Positions 14,472 to 29,400 of a DNA stretch of 64,000 nucleotides are shown here, in pieces. A program made the position numbers and the translations under genes. The notes beneath the pieces are model-generated. The model was not told where the DNA came from. It saw nothing but the letters and a program-made list of their open reading frames with translations, and ran no database searches. Location: NCBI RefSeq assembly GCF_021869535.1, contig NW_026262734.1, positions 23,746,001 to 23,810,000 of the forward strand, in the 5' to 3' direction. How positions within the stretch are numbered: position 1 is the stretch's first letter; every line of letters starts with the position of its first letter. The stretch comes from Mytilus californianus (Eukaryota).

Positions 14472-17400
14472 CTGCAGAAAAGAAAAGTTACAAAAATGAA
14501 CTGGATGGCTTAGATCAAATGCATACAAGTACCATTAAAACGTTTAATCCCGCTGCAAATGTTTGCACCTGTCCTAAGTCAGGAATCTGATTACAGTAGT
14601 TGTCGTCTGTTTATGTAGTTCATACATGTTTCTCGTTTCTCGTTTTTATATAGATTAGACTGTTGGTTTTTCCATTTGAATGGTTTTACACTAGTAATTT
14701 TTTGGGGCCCTTTATATTTTGCTGTTCGGTGTGAGCCAATGATCCGTGTTGAAGGCTGTACCTTGACCTATAATGGTATACTTTTATAAATTGTAACTTG
14801 GATGGAGAGTTGTCTCATTGGCACTCATACCACATCTTCCTATATCTAGGTATATATATTTAATGAAATATAAATACAATAAGTTGTGTAATTTAGTAAC
14901 TGTTTTTAGTATATTGTTTTTTCATAAATCAAGCTGTTGCTTTTCTCATGTGAACTTTTCACATTTTGTCATGATTGGGCCTCTTATATCTTACCATACA
15001 GAATAGGTTTTGCTTATTATATAGTCTTGTAGAAGGCTGTACAGTGACCTATAGTTGCTTACATTTAAGGCAATTGGTCTCCCGATGATAACTACCTCAT
15101 AGGCAATCATACCACATCTTATTTTTAAAGTAATTATAATATATACACAAAGCATTAGGCTTTAGAGGTAAATGGAGTACTAACATAAAGTGAAACTGAT
15201 GCATATACCATCCAATGATATAAAAAAGAATTAATAGAAAATATTTAAAGGTAACTGATTAAAATTCATCCAATGGCCATTTTTTTAAATCTTACATCAC
15301 CAGTACTAAACCTATACAATTTATGAAATTTCAAATATATGCACAAATAAAACAGTTATACACTTAACTTATAGTTTCAAGCCATTTTTAAAAGAAACTT
15401 TGAAATTGCATGTACCATAAATACTTTAACAGTAACCATTAAAGTATAATCATAGCCTTTATTCCTATAATGGTATATGAATAAAAAATATGTGAGGTTA
15501 TGGTATATGAATGAAAAATATGTGAGGAAAATAAATGTGTCAATGAGAATTTGAACCAACAACCAAGATGATGTTAAAAGTGAATCACTTTACCTCATTA
15601 TTATCTGTGATATTCCTTCGAGTTCTGATAAATGTTATGGTACCTTTCTTATGTTTATAATTTGGGACTCCTCTGAAATTCAAATAAAATTGATGTAAAT
15701 GCAAAAACCTTATTATTTTAAGTTCAGCAAGTATCTATAGCTTTCTGATATTGATAATCTTTTAAATTTTGGGGTTTATTCTGTATATTCCAACATTTTT
15801 GAATTTCATGAAATATTAAGGAAATTATGTTTGGGTTACTAGAATACCTGTATGTAAAGGCATTAGAATTGTGAATCTTGTAAACATGATGCTAGATCAT
15901 GTTGTAACATATTTTACATTAAACGAAGGTAAATCTAGGTCAAACATGCGGAAATTAAAGAGTAGGAATATATATTATTACAAAATTTCATAAATTTAAA
16001 GCATACTTGGTAATTGACACACACTTTATGCACAACATAAATTAAATAGCGCAATATATAATAACAGAATATTTACATAAACAGGAAATAATTTCAGATG
16101 AAAATATTTAAAGAGAAGAAAATTGGATATGAAATGAAAATGATCAATATTTATACAGCACATATGGTCATTGGAACACATCAAAAAGTTCAGAGAGTTC
16201 TTAAATTACACAGCCGAAATTAAGCAACTCATGCAAGCATACTTCCATATGACACTGGATTGATGAGCCTTTATGAAGTGTTTCTTGTGTGACCTGGGCA
16301 GATAACCTTATACAAATTGTTGTTGTGCGACACAGGCTGATAGGCCTTTAACAGGGCCTCTAGCAATCCCTATTGAGTCCCACTTCTGGTCGTATATGTT
16401 TATTTAAGAAATAATTCATGGCAGCTATAGATTTGTTTTCATTTAACCATGGGTTGGGCATTTATATTCGCTTTTTTTATCCCGAGCGACATCGAGGGCT
16501 AAAATACGAATATAAATGCCCAATCCATGGTTAAATGAAAACAAATCAACGGCTGCCATGAATTATTTCGATTCTAATAGGACAAATTTGGTAATTTTGT
16601 TAACCGTGAAAAGCCTATACACACGATACTGTTTTGGCTGTTCTGTTTTACACCCATATGATAATATTAGTAATATTATATTATTCAATAATAAATTTTT
16701 AAAAAATCACATTTTTAACCTAAATATGTTCTTTAAATGTAATTTTTAAGCTTTAAAACGCCCGGTGTTTACATTTGAAGCCAGAAGCATACATATGACG
16801 TCACCTTGTTTAGTTGCCATACAAAGACGATAACATCATTTCGCAGAATTTTTGTTTTATGGAATTTTAGACCATAAATAAATTGAAATGGACTGATTTG
16901 TTTATTTTGCTTTAGAATAGAGATAATTATATTGTATCTGAATCTTGGCCTACGTAAACTGTGGGTTTTGATGTCGCAAATTGAGAATACCTGGTAGTAT
17001 AAATAAGTTGGGCGAAACACAGAACAGCCAGTTTTGTGTATTTATGCGCCTGCGCTTAAAGTAGATATACTGTGATTATACTGGTTGACAATATATAGGT
17101 TGTCATATTAGAATTATAAACAATTTTTTCAAGTATTTGGACCGTGTATATTATTAGATTTTTTATAAAAAAAATATTTTAATATGAGATAAACTTGATA
17201 ATGATGTCACACTGTGGATTCATTATTGTTCGTAGGATATCAATTTTTCATGGATTTCATGGGAATAGGTTAACCACAAATTCAAATGTTTAACAAAGTA
17301 AAAATTTTCTACTGGCGCTTGTATGCTGAATTTGGCAAAACCACGATATAAAATATCCATGAAATAATAAAGAAAAGAGAAAAATGATCTAAAAAATTTA

Positions 17401-20400
17401 AGAATAAAGAAATGAAGAAACCCCCCATCCAGACCATCATTAATACATGGCATTTTTCATTTCATCCAGGCTAACATCCCTTGACCAATATCAGACAGCC
17501 TGCTAAGGCAGATATATAAAAGGCCTTCTATCAATCTGCATTAAATACTTTGATTTCAAAAACATCAGGTTTTACTAACCTTTTATGTGGAACTGAGTTT
17601 TTAGCTTCTGGGGCAGCATCCAGACCTTTCTTTTTTCCATCTAACCTATTACCAGAACCACTAAATGCCTGCAATTAAATATTGAACAAAGAGTTTTATA
17701 AAGCCATGTAAGAGGTAAATTATAAAGTTGGAGGAGGCTGGAAATTAATCCATATTCAATTTTAATGAATCCATATTTATATGTATAGAATAATACAGAA
17801 TACATAAGTTTTTAATTCCAAATGTTTTCAATACAAGGATTACATATTATACATATATGAGTCATATATTGCTTTGACTCTTGAAGATTTTCAATGAAAT
17901 ATGTATAATGATGATAATGAATATTTTAAGAACAGAGTTCCAATGTCACTTGCGTTGCAAATATTTTATCTATCCAAGGTACAAGGGCAATAACTTATGT
18001 TTTTTTTTAAACTTTTTATTAATATCTTAAGAGAAATAAAGGCTTCAGAGCAAATGCAGTGTGATTTCCATTATAATTTATATTTCCAAGGGGCATAACT
18101 CTTTAAAAATATTTGATCAGAACTTATTTACGAAAGTGTCAAAGACATTGCTGATACAAACCTATGATATAAGTTTCGTAAAATTCTGGCAAGAATTGAA
18201 CACATGAGAGCGATAACATTGTAATTTTCCATATAATCAATTTTTTCAAGGGCATAACTATTTTAAAAATAATTGATCGGCACTGATTTTTGAACTCTTC
18301 AAGTACATTGATGATATAAACCTAAAATATAAATTTCATAAAAATCTGGCAAGAATTGTACACATTAGAGCACTCATAAGGCAATTTTCCATAAAATTAA
18401 TATTCCCAAGGGGCATTACTCTTTTAAAAATTATTGATCGACACTGAGTTTCAAATACGTCCAAGACATTGATTATATAAACCTATGATTTAAGTTTCAT
18501 AAAATTCTGGCAAGAATTGTACATATGAGAGGGCTAACAATGCAAATCTCCATATAATTAATGTTTCCAAGGGGCACAACTCTTTTAAAAATAATTGATC
18601 CGCACTGATTTTCAAACTCGTCCAAGACATTGCTGATATAAACCTATGCTACAAGTTTCATAAAAATCTGGCAAGAATTGAACACATGAAAGTGCTTACG
18701 ATGCAATTTTCCATAAAATTTATGTTTCCAAGGGGCATAACTCTTTTATAAATTATTGATCAGCAATGATTCTCAAATTGGCCAAGACATTGCTGAATTA
18801 AACCTATAATATAAGTTTCATAAAAATCTGGCAAGAATTGTACAGGTGAGAGCGCTAACAAGACTGGACGGACGTACAGATGCCCGGTATTTCCATGTAC
18901 GGGGGACAAAAATTTACTTCTTAAAACTTTAAGAAAGAAAGACAAAAAAGGTTTTGAAAACCTAAGAAAATAACTATGTTATATTTTAAACATACTGCAA
19001 AAAGTCTTTTTATTCATATAATTCAACTAAATAATTACACTCTATATTTTCATCTCATTTATTTGGTACCTACTGTAAATGTCTTATCCAGATATTCAGA
19101 CATGTCTAATGGATTCTGAAAAAAACAGAGAAAAAATATTTACTGAAATATATATAAATTTCTCAATCAAGAAATGTCATTATTAGTGTACCGTAATGAA
19201 ATCTGATCATATTTCATACAAGATCGTTATTTCAGCTGGAAACATACTACCCAAAAAAACTGATTGATTTAAAGCAGCAACTGTTTAATCCCAAGTGACA
19301 CCTATTATATGCTAGCTAGTTTCATTTGGTTCAAATTTTTACATTCTAAAAGAGGACATATCTCCTTAACCTAGCATATTATTCTGACTGTGTTGATAGT
19401 CTTTCATTTTAAACCTGAATGGTGCTTGTGTAATGGAGAAGCAGCAAATACAGATTTAATAGTCTTTGGTTTGACTTCCACCAATCAGGAGAATGAACTC
19501 CACGTATAAATCAGGTTTGCAATCTTGTATGCTGGCTTAATTTTTGCATACTATTAAGTGACAAATAATTATCATCTGCTCCCTTAATTTTTTTCTGTAA
19601 AATAAAAATATGTAAATAAATTTCATATATGAAAATATTTGTTTGCATAATACATAAAAGTGCAACATATTTATATATTATCAATGATTTTTCAAGTGAG
19701 GGTGTTTCTCTGCTATAATCTCATAGGGCGAAAGCCTTGTGATGAGATGTAGTCCAGAAATATCATCAAGTTGAGAAGACCAATTGTAACTTGTATATTG
19801 CTGTTTACCTAGGAAACGTAAATGATCTAGGCAAATGACGTCATGCATTTTCATGTGGTTTCTACATGACTTTTCAGAACTTCTTTGTACACAATTTCAA
19901 CCATATTTTTTTTGTTCATCAGGAGGCCAATTTTTATGTAAACAACTGTTACAATAGCAAGAGATTAAACCTCCTCACAGGAGACTTTTATATACTGACT
20001 TTGACTAAAGTTTCCTAATGTTTGAGCATAATATTACCATAGTATTGCTATAAGATATAATAACATGCAGTCTGTAACTGGATTTTTATCAGCATTCAAT
20101 ATCATGAGAAAACAACAAAATCAGGTACATGCACATTAAAAAACTCTTTGATCTAGTAAGCTAGAATAATAAGCATAAATGCCATGTGTGTAAATCAGTA
20201 TTCAAAAGTATGAAAATCTGACAATGTTATATGGCAAAATTTAGTAAAATACTCTCCAGAATTCATCTTTTTAAACACGTCTATAATATCAACATGACCA
20301 ACATGACCAAACTATCTAAAACTTACAAGAAAAAAAAAAAAAAAGCAAATTTGAATCTAAAAAAATATTGTTGGTCACATTTTTATTTTATAATGCAAAA

Positions 20401-23400
20401 TAATTATTTCTCATGATAAAATATTCAAAGGTAAATTCTTTATTCAATAAAGGAATTAATTATAAAAGCTTGACTGTGATCTTACCACCCATAACATGTG
20501 TTTGAATTTGAGACAAGTCACTATTTACCACCAAGAATAAGTATGATATAAACAAATATTTCAATATATTAAAGTTATAACTTACAATAAAATGTAATAT
20601 ATCTATCACAAACAAAGCTGTGTAAACTGATATCAATGTTTATTTCAGCACTAAATATAACATCAATGAAGAAAGTGTCTAACAAGCTGATGTTATGATT
20701 TAATGAAAATTTACTTTTAGGAATCTAATGATTTAGTGAATGTTGTATGTAAATAAAATGTATTGTTTCAATGATCAGGCCACTCTGAAGATATGGTTTG
20801 TATATTGCTGCCAACATCTTGAAATGAGGCAGCAAATTCATTTGTTTTTCAATCAGCAAAAAAAATAAAAATATACTGCTAATGTGCAGAGCGAATATTT
20901 TAGGATAACATTTGCAAATAAATGTGTATTGTTTTACTTGGTTAGTTGGAAATAGTAAACAAACGATGTTCATTTCAAGCCTTAACTTCTCAGAAAAAAA
21001 GTTAATGTTTATACTAAAACATTCTGAGCACAATGTGAAACTCAGATCAAAAGGTTGTTTGCAATTTATGATTGATATTTCATAACAAAATCTTTATTTT
21101 ATTATGTTGAAATTATCAGAAAACCCATACCTTTATCAGAAAATGTGCAGTTCACATTCCCCCTTTTATTCATTTGAAAATGAATAAATGGAAAAGGGGG
21201 TATACATTAATGAGACAGCAGTGTAAAGATACAAAACAACCAAAAGACCATGGAGCTTCATGTTTTAATTCAAAAACATGAAAAAAATAAATATCTTTCT
21301 ATGCAGGAATTCCCGCAAGTCTCAAAACATTGTAACAGAATCTTTATTTAACATACTATTCTTCCTAGAATAAAATGTCTCACTGAAGATTCCGAAAACC
21401 TACTAAACCTTTAACAGAATGCTTAATAGAGTTACTATCCACTGGCTAATGAGTGGCAATATTTCAAGCAGGGTGAATTGGTAATTAAATTATATAAGTT
21501 TTAACCTCAACGCATGTCTTTTTCAGGCAATTAACTATGAGTCAGTATGACAGCATAAGTTTGTATATGAAGTCTTAAAAAAAACAATGAAATCACAATC
21601 ACACTAAGCTACAGGTGAAAATATGATTACAAATTTTCTTTACCTGCAAGGCATGGTGCTGAAATTAACATTAAAAAATCTAATGAAAACTTTATTCACA
21701 ACTTTAAGCCTCAGAATACAAATGTTGAAAAATACATTTTGAACTTTTAATTTTTCAAATAAAAAGTTTTTTGATCTGTCTGGTTTTTTTTAATCAATTT
21801 AATCAATTCCAGAAAAAATATATTTGACTAAATATTTAATTATTTCACTACTAAAGTTTATTCAATAGTTATCTCCCCGTTGTAAAGATTAAATATTGTA
21901 TTCTTAAAATTTTTTACTAAATGTAAAGGAACAAAATAGGCTTAATGTGGGTATATAATATAACTACAAAATTTGGTTAAAGAGAGAAAAATAAAGTATT
22001 TGTTCAGAATAGTTTTCACATTTTCAGCTAAATTGTAAATTGTAATGTGTTTTCAAAAGCTCTGGACACTCCAGCTTCCTCTACCAATAAAAAACTTACT
22101 GCCACGAAATAGCACAATAGTGCTGAAAGTGGCATTAAACACCAATCAATTACTCAATCAATCAAAAGCTTTATTAATTATATGTGTGCTTTTTCAAGGT
22201 TTATCATTGATCGACTAAGTTTTGGTTATAAAGAAGGATTCGTGACTCTCTTTATGCTGTTATTAAATGACGTGCAATAAAAATGATCAAACAAAATCAA
22301 ATTTGTAATTAATATAAAGGGCAAATCCAGCACTTTTGCTCGGTGTCATACCAAAAGAGACAGTTGTCAGTATAAACTGAAGAAAAATCTTAATGTTTTT
22401 TATATCAATGATTGAAAAGCATATGTTTTCATATTAAAATGTCATTTTCATTTGCAAGTTAAGGAAAATCCTTTGTTTTAAACAAATTAAATCAGTGACT
22501 GAATTTTTCCACAACATTTTACAATATTACATAATGTAAGTTATCTTTCCCTGAATTTTACCAACAGAAAAGAAATAAGTATATAATAAGTCTTAATACC
22601 ATGTATTTTGTTTTTATTATAATGGGTCTTTCATTGTCTTTTTCTTACACTGTGATATTTTGGAAATAAAAAAGAGATTGTTTTGCCCAAATAAAGTGGA
22701 AAAAAATTATGTATGGAGGGGGGGGGGAGGGAATATGTAACTTCATACACCTTTGTTAAGTCTAGACAGACAGGAGTTATTTGTGCCATGTATGTAAACT
22801 GAAAATCGAAAACCTTTAATTCCTCTTAGTCTGATTAAAATCCAGATCATGTGCCCATGCTTTGCTTAAATGTATCTGACAACACATTGTCCTACTTTCT
22901 GATCTGATAAATTCTAAATCAACCAATGAACTTTCTGATTCAAAAGTTTTGAAAGTGTGTATCATTACAACAATACCTGAGGATCCAGAAAAGTACTTTA
23001 AAAAGTAGAATGGAGTGTTTTCAGATCAGTGTAAGCAAAGCTTGGGAACAGGATCTGTATTCTAATCAGATTGTAATTCTACTGCTATTCAAATAAATGC
23101 TTTTATAAAGTAAAATTGATAGTAAATTTATAGATTTTCTTCATATTTGAAACTTTTGAAAAGCTGTGGGTCATATCATAACCCATGAAAACACAAACAT
23201 TCTAAATTTATCAGGCACAGGATATCATTCTCATAATAAATAACTAGTTTTCTGTCAGCGAGGGTCATGATGGCCTGGATAAAAAAAAAGTCCATTATAT
23301 ATATAAAATATTCTTCATTTATATCAGATCCCATGTTAACCCCTCGACATATATTAGACACTCAAACACTGCTGTCAGGCTAATATGGGCATTGGAGATT

Positions 23401-26400
23401 GAAATGCAATTTGCCTATAAAAAGCATTTGATAATATCTATGTCATACATACATCCATATCTACATCCTCATCATGTTTTTTCTCTGGTCTTTTTGGTTC
23501 TTGATAACCAACTGGAGGTGCAAAATCAACCTGAAAAGACATTGGTACAACAAATCTATGATGAAATAAACACCAATGGTTAAGTTTTTTTTTATAGATA
23601 TATATATTATTTTACCGTGTTATTTGAACAGTATTCATCTTCGATTTTCTTGTTCCTATTGAGCAATTAACCAATATACTGTATTCCAAATTGTGCTATC
23701 TTGATGGTTGTATGTTTTTTGTACATTGAAATCTAGCCTATTGTCAGTTGATTTGGTCTTGTATTTCCCCTATGAACTTCAACACGGCGAACAATTTATG
23801 CATAAATACATGGGAAATAAAAATTACGAATGATGCATGAAATAACCCTTCACCATGCTGCTTGACTCTGACAACTATTGAAATTTCTACAGCACATTTT
23901 ATTTCTGCCATTTTTCAATTTCAAAGCAAGATTATTGTATTATTGTATTGTTTAAAACAAGATTAACAATGACATACAGTCTTCTTAAAAGTAAATGATT
24001 GATGCATAACAAACCATCAAAAGTTAAGTCAACTTTTATTTTGCAATGTGCTATCATCAAAATATCTTATCCCCCATTTTGAACAGTCTAGGATTAGGTC
24101 AATTTTTTGGCACATTGAAACAAAATCTTTGCTAAATACTATTTACTATTGCTACAAACACCATCAAGCAATCTGAAAAAGGGGTTAAAATTGTGTAATT
24201 TACTTCTTAATTATGTTAGCTGGCAGGTATTGCAGTTAGACTACAATCCACTGCTTAAGACCAATGGACTAAGAAATAATTTTCTACATGACATTGGATT
24301 GACCTTAACATTGAACTGATTTTTTTTTTGTATTGTTGAGTTGCCGTCTGATTCTTGTATACCCCACATTTCTTTCTATTTATATTGACAATGTTTTATG
24401 TTGTAGCCAATCAAATTGGTTGTGAAGACCAGTAACCATTAATTAAAAGATATACAAAAATTGATGCCCTCGAAATCAATATATTTTTAACCTATCTGGG
24501 TTTTATAATGTAGTTGATTAGGTTTACTTACATTCATATCACATTCTATTATAGATATAGCATCATCAGGTTTTGTTTCTAGTACACATAGTTCATACTC
24601 CTGGAATAAAACAGAACTTTAATCATGTGTTAATATAACTAGAGGCTCTAAAGAGCCTGTGTCACTCACCTTGGTCTATGTGCATATTCAACAAAGGACA
24701 CTCTCCAACATTGTAGACGAGAAAAGAATTCATGACAAAAACCTCTGTGTTGTTGATCTTGTATTGCTGATTAATTATTCTGATTAGTTTCTCTCTACCT
24801 TCTTTAGTTTTTGCTCAAAACACAAAACAGGGTAAAAAAAAATCCTCATTTAAGGGCAATCATTCCAATTAAGAGTGATAGCTATATATAGTCTATAACT
24901 ATATTGGCAAAATTTGACTTGTTAGTAGATCTAGCTTGCTGATAATTTTTGTGATTTAAAATGTCTATTTATCTATTATAATTTTTATCATATCAGGCAA
25001 AACGCCAAAAAAATGGTAAAAATCGTCATTTAAGGGCAATAACTCCAATAAGGAGTCGTTGGACGATTTCCTCCATAACTGTCTTAATTGTAGATCTTGT
25101 CTTGCTGGTCATTTTTGCTTATTTAAGTTTCTATCTATCTATTTTAATTTTCAAGATATAAGGCAAAATCACAAAAAAATGGGTAAAAATTGTCATCAAA
25201 GGGCAATAACTCTAAAAAGGAGTCGATTTCGATCATGTTGACTTATTTGTAGAACTTGTCTTGCTGATCATTTCTGCAATTTAAAGTTTCTCTCTACAGA
25301 TCTATTATAGTTGTCAAGATAATAGGCAAAAATGAAAAAATATGGTAAAATTTGTCATTTAAGGGCAATAACTCCTATGAAAAGTCGTCTGACAGTTTTG
25401 ACTTATATCCACAATTGGTAGAGCTCATCATTCTGTACATTAGTGCCCATGTCAGATTTTCTCTATTTATAACGGTTTTCAAAATACATTGTAATAGACA
25501 AAACTTGCATTTTACCCCTACATTTTATTTTTAGCCATGTCGGCCATCGGGGTCATCGGACACACCTTTTTTAACTAAATACACCAATGATGATTGTGGC
25601 CAAGTTTGGTTAAATTTCGCCCAGTAGTTTCAGAGGAGGAGATTTTTGTAAAAGTTAACAGACGACGACGGAGGACGGACTCCAAGTGATGAGAATAGTA
25701 TTAAACAAATTCTGAATTTTCCAAGAATCATTCTATTTTATGTTCACCATACTTTTCCTCTCACAAAGTGTATGTCAGCTATTTTAAGATTATTGAAACC
25801 AGATGGACAAATCATCCCATACCACCTATACATACAATTGTGTATTTTTTTGTAATACCTACTTTCACTTTTCAACTTGTGATTATCACTTCCCAATTTT
25901 GTTGTCCTGATAAAAGTGCCTGAGGCATTGAAAACTGTTGGTATCATTACATTTTTGCAACATAACTAAAGGTTGTTGCTATAAGAGGTTTTACATTTTA
26001 TGGGTTTTATAATAACAATCCTGTATACTTAAATTGAAGATGTACCAGCCATTTATTCACTCTTGTCGATGTTTTATTTTTAATTAGTGTAATACTTAAT
26101 ATATGAGCAATGACATTTTTTAAATCTCTGCAATGTTTTTACTATGATTGTTGGTTTATACCAGTATGTTTATTATGGCACCCCATTACATTTACTGTAT
26201 GTGCAAAGATGATATCTTGTAGAAGACAAATGCGCAAGAGATATTCACATACAACCAATATCAAAAACTAAACCTTGAGCAGAGGTAAAAATTCAGAAAT
26301 TTGAAATAAAGTATGCAAAATATGTACCCTTCTGGACCAGCATAAGCTTTTTACACTTAACCAAATGATTAATAATTATAGTTGATCCTTGCTTTAAAAA

Positions 26401-29400
26401 GTTGTTTCATAAAAACACAAATTTTGACTTACCCTTTCATTGTACTTGATGGATATTACATCTCCTTTTGTTAAACAGGCAAAACTTCTCAACATGTTCT
26501 CCAATCTGTTGCACAGTCAAGGACTTAATCAGAAAATATAAGTGATTAATTTTACTTGACCTCTAGATGGGTTTTTTCTTATGGTTTTATTAATCTATAT
26601 TCCAAATTTCCTTTTATTCATTAAAGAATAACCTGTGTACCAAAATTATAAATAAAGTTTATTGAAAAAGATAGCATCAAATAATGGGAATATCTAATAT
26701 AGTGTTGGTGTCAGTATGAAAGTGCTTGTTGGAAATGTATTCATATTATCATTTCCATTTTTGGAAAAAAAGTAGGCTAATAATTATTTTTACAGTTGCA
26801 ATAAATCTTATATTTTGCTGCCATCAATCTATGAATAGGATGTTGCAAATTTCTAATTCTTTACTGACTGCTTAAGCTTCACCAGTAAACACAATTTTCA
26901 ACCATCTATTCTATAACAAATTCTTTGGCAAATGCTGAATAAAATATGTTACAGTTATGTCATAACTACAGCAATCAATTAGGTTACTGAATAAGGCAAA
27001 CATTAAACTAACTTTAAGTATGGGATACAGACATCAGAGGGGAAGGTCTGAGCACATGTTAAACTGGTTTAAACCCGTCACATGTTGTGTCTACACCCCA
27101 TATGGCAATCTGAACAATATGTGTTGTTCATTGATGTTTTTCTCTTCATTTTAAGCGTATTTTTCTGAATATTCAGTTGTTGGAGTGGTCTGTTGTACTA
27201 ACCTAATGTTTTGGTAATTTTATTATGTATTACAGTAAAACCTGTCTAAACTGGACCTCTTTGAGACTTAAAATTTTGTTCGGTTTTAGCAGATGTTCAG
27301 TTTAAACAGGTACATAACACATAAAATTTGATATGACTGGACTTAAGAGCATGTATGGTTTAGACAGGTTTTGGGTTTATGCAAGATTCGGTTTAGACAG
27401 GTTTCATTGTATCATTTTATATCATTCGATAAATACCATTGAAAGTGCATTATCTGATTACAGGTTATCATTTGTCACTCAGTGTAGGGTAAGATCAGAT
27501 AATATTTTTCTTCCCTATATGATTGACATGTTTTATCAACACCAAGGGTGCCAAATGTGGAACATGATATGCCTACCCTCACTGAGTACCTGATATCAGC
27601 CCCAGTATTGGTGGAGTCCCTGCAGCTCAGTCTTTAGTTTTTTAGGTAGTGTTTTGTGGACTGTGGTTTATCTTTTTATCAACCTAATTCTCACATGAGT
27701 CAATAAAATACATGTCAATCAATGAACCAATTGATGCATTATAGGAAGGTCAATGTTAAAGATGTTCTGATTGGTCAAGATGTCATTTATAAGGATGTAA
27801 GGATGCTTAGTGTGTGCAATGTGATTTACAAGGAATGAAGATGAAAATATAACTATGCAAAGAATGAGTGAGCAAGAGTACAATCTAGTTATGATGATCT
27901 TTAATCAGAGTTTCAATAGTATTTTTAAGTGTGGTGTGATTATTTTACTATACTTATTTATTTGTTTTTTTGTGTTTTATGTCACTTTCAACTACTTTAG
28001 CTATATCATGGCAGTTTTGATTCGTGTAGGAAGCAAGAGTGCCCACCAGTAACCACCGACCTTCTGCAGGAAAACTGGCAACCCTTATCAATTTAGAATG
28101 GAGTCAAACACAGCCAATCCCAGAGCATGGTTTGAACTCACAACCTCAGAGTTGACAGGTTTATGGTCACTGTAAATGAATCATTTAGACCACTTGGCAA
28201 CTATGTACCCAGACTATACTTGTTACTCTATAAAAACCTACTAAATTGATTATACCTGCAAATTTATTATAACCATTATCAAGCAGTAACATTTGACAAA
28301 TAATTTTTGTAAAGGATACACAGCTTTAGGATTTGTAATATCTAAGAAGTCAACAGACTGTGGCTGGAACTTTGTAAATGTGGCTACTTTCAATGAAACA
28401 TTCTCTACTTCCACAAGGTCACCTTCATTTAATAACAGGTTCCTCATCATCTGAAAATGTTTTAAAAAGGGTTAAATATATAAAACATTTCTCTCTATGA
28501 ATGGACATTGGTTATTCATCCAAAAAATTAAACATATTCTTTTGAAGTTGGCTTCAAACTACTAATTCACTACCATGTGTATACCCATATCATTAAACTA
28601 ATAAATTCTTCCTTCATTTTCCCTTGTCAGTTACAAATTCCTAATACACAGTAAAGTGTGTACCTGTTGATACATTGACTCAATAAGGTAAAATATTCTT
28701 CTTTCTACAACAAACTTCCAATACACAAAAATGTATGTACATAACATGTAAACAGTGAGGTATCTAAAAACAAACTCTCAGTCTATGAGCCTGTTTGAAT
28801 ACTTACCCAGTAAGGTATATAAATTCTTCCTTCATCAGCTACAAATTCCAATACACCACAATGTGTGTGTCTGGCTTGTTGATTGTTCGTCAGTTTAAAC
28901 AGCATAGGGTACTGTATATGTAAACGTGCTGCAAAATCACATTTTTCATTTTATCAAGTGAATTATTTTGGCATACAGATATGAAAACTGGGTGGAACAA
29001 CATGCATTAAAACTTTTATGAATCTCCTTAATTTAGAGTTTGAACTTTGAAATTTCTTTTTTCAGTAAATGTGTTATTTTCTTTATTTAATTGCTTGTTT
29101 AGTTTTACAGTAGTTAATATGTCGTGATACTTACTTAGTTGATCTAATGCAGAGGGAGGCATAATAACTGAAAATGAAAAACACATTGAATTAGGGGTAA
29201 ACAGGTGAGATTTAAAATATATACAATGTAACGTTCTCATCCAAGCTTAAGATCCCTATTGTTCATTTTCCTTTTTTGGACGGTGATGTTCCTTTGGCAC
29301 CATCTTACGGAGTTTATACATCACAACTCATTCACTATGCCTGTGTCTCTTGCGACATTTTGGATTTCAATGAAAGTAATCTATGAATTACTGGTAAATT

